From an uncultured Candidatus Saccharibacteria bacterium (lineage in GTDB: Bacteria > Patescibacteriota > Minisyncoccia > Phycocordibacterales > CSBR16-119), in assembly GCA_964531475.1 (NCBI GenBank), contig CAZHCS010000004.1, positions 1 through 56,345 on the forward strand: a stretch of DNA of 56,345 bases, given 5' to 3'. The notes beneath the pieces were generated by a model. It did no database searches, was not told the origin of the DNA, and worked only from the letters and a program-made list of their open reading frames with translations. A program made the position numbers and the translations under genes. Below, one piece after another: positions 52,056 through 56,345 of the stretch (within the stretch, counting starts at the first letter, position 1; every line of letters starts with the position of its first letter).

Positions 52056-52109
52056 TTGATAGGAAACAGTCTATATCAAATAAGCTATTTTTTCAATTTA
52101 TCTATACTA

Positions 52110-52137
52110 TTGACTTTTCTTTATATTATGCTACTAT
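52110..52137 (+). promoter_or_regulatory. promoter of the 52161 gene
   Basis: TTGACT (52110-52115), 16 nt, TACTAT (52132-52137). Confidence 0.5.
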
Positions 52138-52160
52138 ATAAAAAACTCAAACTTCCCGAC

Positions 52161-52463
52161 ATGGACCGCACACAACTGCAAAATGCAATCGCCAACGTGA
52201 AGCCCGGGCAGAAGTTGAAGCTCCGGTTCAATGAAGAGGCGAAGCGTGGTGGCCTGAATTATTTCTTCCGCCTCGGTCTGGGTGACAGAATGATCGAGAT
52301 CGATCCGACTGATATCCAGACACTGAGGATTGTTCTACAATACGCGGATTGGAACAAGGAGTCCAACAAGATGGCGCAAATCACTGTGCTTGATACTTTT
52401 GATCAGCAGTGGTTCGTGTACCATATGTACCGCGAACTCGACAGCATCGAAGTGCTGAACTAG
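52161..52463 (+). CDS. hypothetical protein (100 aa)
   Basis: The ATG at 52161 lies downstream of the promoter. The listed TTG start at 52056 would overlap the tRNA locus. Confidence 0.45.
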   Translation: MDRTQLQNAIANVKPGQKLKLRFNEEAKRGGLNYFFRLGLGDRMIEIDPTDIQTLRIVLQYADWNKESNKMAQITVLDTFDQQWFVYHMYRELDSIEVLN

Positions 52464-52479
52464 GCGTTCTCGCCAACCG

Positions 52480-52503
52480 AAAGGGTCTCGCAAGAGGCCC
52501 TTT
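52480..52503. terminator. bidirectional terminator (hypothetical / recG)
   Basis: AAAGGGTCTC-GCAA-GAGGCCCTTT. Confidence 0.75.
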
Positions 52504-52509
52504 CTCTTT

Positions 52510-54666
52510 TTACTCAAAATGGATCTTTTTCTCGCGGCGGAGGAATTCGGATTGAAGAAGTGGGAATTGTGGCAAGAGATTTTTTGTAATAATCTCGCGG
52601 GCTTCATTTCGCGCAGCTTCGACGAGTTTGAGGTTTTTGATTGCCTCCATCCCAAGATCCGAAACGCCCCATTGTTTCATACCGGACAGGTCGCCCGAGC
52701 CGCGCAGCTGTAAATCCATTTCCGAAAGTTCAAAACCGTTTTTTGCTGTCTTGAGTGCGGTCAGGCGGTCCAAGCTTTTCTTTGATTCCGTATCAGGAAA
52801 GAGAAAACAATACGCTTGGTGGTTTGAACGGATGACGCGGCCGCGTAGTTGGTGGAGCTGGGCGAGACCAAAACGTTCCGCACCTTCGATAATTATCATA
52901 GTTGCGTTTGGAACGTTCACGCCGACTTCGACAACGCTGGTGGCGCAGAGGATATCAATCTTTCCGTCAGAGAATTCTTGCATGACGTCTTCTTTTTCCG
53001 TCTTTGTCATTTTGCTATGAAGAATGCCTATGTTTTTGTCTTGAAAGACGTTGGCTTTTAGCCTCTTGGCTTCGGCGATGACAGAGCGGGTCTGCAGCGC
53101 CATCTCGTTTTCTGGATCTGGCTCGTCGATACGTGGACAAATGACGTACAACTGTCGGCCACTCGCCATTTCTTTTTTAATAAAATCATAAGTCGCGTCT
53201 CGTTTGTCGGGCGTGATTATTTCGGTAATGACAAGCTTGCGGCCTTTTGGCATTTGGTCGAGCAGCGTTAGGTCAAGGTCGCCGTAGATAGTGAGCGCAA
53301 GAGTGCGGGGAATAGGTGTTGCTGTCATCGAAAGAAAATGCGGAGCAAAGTCTTCTTTTTTAGCTAATTTGCCACGCTGTTTGGTACCAAAGCGGTGCTG
53401 CTCGTCGACTATAGCGAGCGCCAAATGTTTGAACTTTACGGATTTGTAAATGAGGGCATGCGTACCGATGAGTATAGGGATCTCGCCGTTCGCGACCCAC
53501 TTGAGGAGTTGAGCTTTAGAAATGTTCGTGGATGACCCAGGGTCGATTTTCGACGGGAATTTCTTGCACGACGCGCCAGTGATGAGCCCGATCTGGATGC
53601 CGGTGTGGGTGAAGTATTGGATAAAGCTTTCGAAATGCTGGTTGGCCAAAATTTCCGTCGGGGCCATGTATGCGACCTGGAGATTGCCGAAACTTTTTCC
53701 ATCTGGCCTATTCATGATTGTCGCGTATGCGGCAGTGGCGGCGACGGCAGTTTTGCCGGAGCCGACATCGCCTTCGAGAAGTCGCGACATCGGATAATCC
53801 TTTTGAAAGTCGGCAAATACGTCGCCGATCGCGCGACTTTGTCCAGCTGTCATCTCAAAAGGAAATCGATCGGTAAAACTTTTTATGTCTTTCTGATCGA
53901 CTGCGATCTTGAACGATTTTTTATCTTTGTTTTCTTCGCGCTCGCGTTGTTTTTCCAGCTGGATAAAAAAGACCTCTTCAAAAGCGAAGCGCTTCCTGGC
54001 GGCTTCGGCATCACGCTTGGCGCGCGGCATGTGGATCCAGACGACAGCGGTCGAGAGTTTTGGCAAGCTGTATTTTTTTAAAATTTCTTCTGGTATGTAG
54101 TCATACAATTCTTCGACTAGACGGTTTGCTATTATTTTTTCGACTGCGTGGTAGATCCATTTTGACGTGATGCCTTTGGTTTCGCGATAAATAGGGAAAG
54201 AGAAATCCTTTTGCGCGTCGGTGTTGGCAAAAAGCGAATCATGGACGTCTATTGGTTGGCCTGCGCCGCGTTCGTATTCTGGGTTGTTCATGGAAAGACC
54301 ATATTTGCCGGCAGAAACTTTTCCAGTGAGTGCTACTTTTTGTCCGTCGCGCAAAACTTTTCCGACAAAAGCTTGGTTGAACCAGGTGACCTTCAATTTT
54401 CCAGTTCCGTCGTCCAAGACGCCTTCGGCCATGGGGATTTTTGTCTTGAACGATTTTTTAACTTTAAGTTTCGAAATCTCGCCGTAAACCGTCGCTGTTT
54501 CGCCGCCTTCTAGATCGCGGATTAATTTAACTAAGCTTTGATCGCTATAGCGTTCTGGGAAATAAAATAGAAGATCGGCGACGATATTTAGACCCAATCT
54601 TGCTAGGGCCTTTTTCTGGTCGGGGGTGAGTCTGAATTGGGTTTCGATGGCGTCGCGCAGTTGCAT
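52510..54666 (-). CDS. recG: ATP-dependent DNA helicase RecG
   Basis: 718 aa. GDVGSGKT, AIVDEQHRFG, MTATPIPRTLA, QLHQLRGRV. N-terminal wedge-like domain. Confidence 0.93.
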   Translation of the reverse strand: MQLRDAIETQFRLTPDQKKALARLGLNIVADLLFYFPERYSDQSLVKLIRDLEGGETATVYGEISKLKVKKSFKTKIPMAEGVLDDGTGKLKVTWFNQAFVGKVLRDGQKVALTGKVSAGKYGLSMNNPEYERGAGQPIDVHDSLFANTDAQKDFSFPIYRETKGITSKWIYHAVEKIIANRLVEELYDYIPEEILKKYSLPKLSTAVVWIHMPRAKRDAEAARKRFAFEEVFFIQLEKQREREENKDKKSFKIAVDQKDIKSFTDRFPFEMTAGQSRAIGDVFADFQKDYPMSRLLEGDVGSGKTAVAATAAYATIMNRPDGKSFGNLQVAYMAPTEILANQHFESFIQYFTHTGIQIGLITGASCKKFPSKIDPGSSTNISKAQLLKWVANGEIPILIGTHALIYKSVKFKHLALAIVDEQHRFGTKQRGKLAKKEDFAPHFLSMTATPIPRTLALTIYGDLDLTLLDQMPKGRKLVITEIITPDKRDATYDFIKKEMASGRQLYVICPRIDEPDPENEMALQTRSVIAEAKRLKANVFQDKNIGILHSKMTKTEKEDVMQEFSDGKIDILCATSVVEVGVNVPNATMIIIEGAERFGLAQLHQLRGRVIRSNHQAYCFLFPDTESKKSLDRLTALKTAKNGFELSEMDLQLRGSGDLSGMKQWGVSDLGMEAIKNLKLVEAARNEAREIITKNLLPQFPLLQSEFLRREKKIHFE

Positions 54667-54672
54667 CGCCTT

Positions 54673-54678
54673 ATTATA
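54673..54678 (-). promoter_or_regulatory. -10 box TATAAT 6 nt before the recG ATG (leaderless geometry)
   Basis: Minus strand reads tctgTATAATaaggcgATG. Confidence 0.5.
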
Positions 54679-54753
54679 CAGAATTCTCTCTTACTTTTGT
54701 CTTGAAACAAAAGTAACAAAATTTCAAGGCCCAGAAGAAAAATAGCCGGACGA

Positions 54754-54777
54754 GAAAGCCCCGCTTGCGCGGGGCTT
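54754..54777 (-). terminator. intrinsic terminator after the response-regulator gene
   Basis: GAAAGCCCCGC..GCGGGGCTTTC palindrome. Confidence 0.75.
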
Positions 54778-54782
54778 TCTCT

Positions 54783-55163
54783 TTACGCCACTTTTTTGAT
54801 TTTTTCTACCAATTCCTCGAGTGTAAAGTTCGACTTGATGAGATACTCCTCGGCGCCCATGTCCATGGCCTTTTTTATATCTTTGTCATCCGATAGGTTC
54901 GAAAAGACTATAACTGGAATTTTTTGGTGTGCGGCTTTCATGGCCTTCAAGACGTCGAAGCCCGAGATATCGGGGAGCATGAGGTCCAAGAGCACGCAGT
55001 CGAATTTTTCCGTCGCAAGGAGCGTCGTCGCCTCTTCGCCATTGCTTGCGGTTTGGGTGTCAAAATCATTCTTGGACAGCTTGTTAGCCATCAATCCTTG
55101 GAGGAAAGAATCGTCCTCTACAATCAATACTTTTTTCATGAACTCCATTTTACTATTTTTCAA
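54783..55163 (-). CDS. stand-alone response regulator receiver domain (CheY-like)
   Basis: KKVLIVEDDSFLQ, DCVLLDLMLPDISGFDVL, PVIVFSNL. The likely true start is the ATG at 55139. Confidence 0.85.
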   Translation of the reverse strand: MKNSKMEFMKKVLIVEDDSFLQGLMANKLSKNDFDTQTASNGEEATTLLATEKFDCVLLDLMLPDISGFDVLKAMKAAHQKIPVIVFSNLSDDKDIKKAMDMGAEEYLIKSNFTLEELVEKIKKVA

Positions 55164-55184
55164 AGGCTATGCAACCGAGTGTGT

Positions 55185-55190
55185 TAGAAT
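55185..55190 (+). promoter_or_regulatory. extended -10 (TGTTAGAAT) 6 nt before the ATG at 55197 (leaderless geometry)
   Basis: gtgTTAGAATagtcacATG. Confidence 0.5.
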
Positions 55191-55196
55191 AGTCAC

Positions 55197-55832
55197 ATGG
55201 ATTTTGGCGCCGTTTTTCTTTTTGGCATCATCGCCGGCGTGCTGCAGTTTGCAGGATATGCAACGTATTTTTACGACGTTGTTCGTTCGGGTGTCCGTCC
55301 AAACCCAGCCAGCTGGCTGATTTGGTCGTATGGGAATGCGTTGGTGTGTTTGTCTTATGTTTTTTTAAACGATAACTTGTCGATTGCTGCCGATATTTTA
55401 CCGATTGTCTGTGCATCTGCGTGTATCCTGATGACTATTTCATTCTTTTTCCTGGGGAAATTCAGGTCACTAGATATATTTGAAAAACTCATCGTTTATC
55501 TAGATATTACGGTGACTCTTGTATGGGTTTTATCTGATTTTTTTGGGATGAATTTAGTATCGCTTCGTTTTTTGCATACAGTACTTCTTTTGAGCGCCAC
55601 GGCCTCTTTTCTGCCGCTTTATCGAGAGGTCATCAGGGACCAGATGGCCGAGAAGCCGCGTTCTTGGATAATCTGGACTACCGCATACATTTTTCTAGTC
55701 ATGGTCATAGTATTTGAAAAAGGAGGATTCGAAGCTCTTTCATATCCGGTGATGTACGCAGTACTTCATATTATTGTTGTGTTGTTGTCATCTAGGCGAA
55801 CTAGAAAAGTCTTGAGGTTAAAGATATCCTGA
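55197..55832 (+). CDS. hypothetical polytopic membrane protein
   Basis: 211 aa with about 6-7 hydrophobic helices. No family recognised. Confidence 0.55.
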   Translation: MDFGAVFLFGIIAGVLQFAGYATYFYDVVRSGVRPNPASWLIWSYGNALVCLSYVFLNDNLSIAADILPIVCASACILMTISFFFLGKFRSLDIFEKLIVYLDITVTLVWVLSDFFGMNLVSLRFLHTVLLLSATASFLPLYREVIRDQMAEKPRSWIIWTTAYIFLVMVIVFEKGGFEALSYPVMYAVLHIIVVLLSSRRTRKVLRLKIS

Positions 55833-55833
55833 C

Positions 55834-56304
55834 ATGAAGATTTATTTCAAAAAAAGTCAGATTCACGGCCTTGGTATTTTCGCCAAGGTTCCTATTAGGC
55901 GCGGGGAAACCGTAGCTATTATCAAAGGTAAACGTTACCACAAGGTAAACAAGACACTAAAGGACGTTTTCATGCATCCTGATTGGATTGGTTTTGGAGA
56001 ACAAGAGTGGATCGACCCGCGTCCGCCATACAAATATTGGAATCATTCATGTCGACCGAATACAGGTATTCGGGGCAGATTTCTTATAACGGCATTGCGC
56101 GATATAAAAAAAGACGAAGAGATCACAACGGATTATTCCATCATAGAACCGGACCCGCGTTGGTTTTTGAAGTGTGCCTGTGGCGAATCGGTATGCCGTC
56201 GAACTGTACGTTCGATTGAATTCTTGCCTAAAACGTTGTTTAATAAATATATCCCTTTCGTTCCCTCTGCCTTTAAAAGACTTTATGCAAGAAAAAGAAC
56301 ATAA
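55834..56304 (+). CDS. SET domain protein (putative lysine methyltransferase)
   Basis: IHGLGIFAKVPIRRGE, WNHSCRPN, EEITTDYS, and a C-terminal Cys cluster CACGESVC. Confidence 0.8.
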   Translation: MKIYFKKSQIHGLGIFAKVPIRRGETVAIIKGKRYHKVNKTLKDVFMHPDWIGFGEQEWIDPRPPYKYWNHSCRPNTGIRGRFLITALRDIKKDEEITTDYSIIEPDPRWFLKCACGESVCRRTVRSIEFLPKTLFNKYIPFVPSAFKRLYARKRT

Positions 56305-56345
56305 AACTGAAAGTGGGCACTACTTTCCGTACGTGCAAATTGTCA

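Overview
This 56.3-kb window is a chromosomal segment from a small-genome bacterium. It looks like a Candidate Phyla Radiation / Patescibacteria (Parcubacteria-like) organism. Supporting features: standard code (TGA is a stop), tightly packed genes, an S10-spc ribosomal cluster with no L30 gene, a T4SS-pilin-type protein, an IVS-type four-helix-bundle gene, and many orphan secreted proteins. Layout: (1) nt 1-10154 is a co-directional type IV secretion-like locus (VirB6-like, PrgI/VirB3-like, VirB4 ATPase, a pilin-NlpC/P60 fusion, a PG-binding protein and orphans), with no relaxase or coupling protein in view. (2) A housekeeping block follows (clpP, tig, ppa, nusA). (3) Two giant Gly-rich secreted proteins lie at 15.6-20.7 kb. 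(4) tpiA-pgk, orphans including a T9SS-sorting-domain protein, a HIT gene and recJ come next. (5) infC-rpmI-rplT sits beside a candidate ~240-nt structured ncRNA. (6) The tuf, S10 and spc operons run through secY, interrupted twice and restarted from near-identical promoters. (7) The rest holds a gmk-like gene, efp, truB, orphans, a beta-propeller protein, tmRNA with smpB, ftsH, a tRNA locus, recG, a response regulator and a SET-domain protein. The most unusual items are: a tRNA(UAU) nested between the two halves of a second, disrupted tRNA-like gene; a two-copy palindrome with a compensatory base change that covers the start codons of rpmI and smpB; the ncRNA candidate; recurrent leaderless promoter geometry; and the relaxase-less T4SS-like locus. 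All calls come from reading the sequence and ORF track by eye. No database search or folding program was run.
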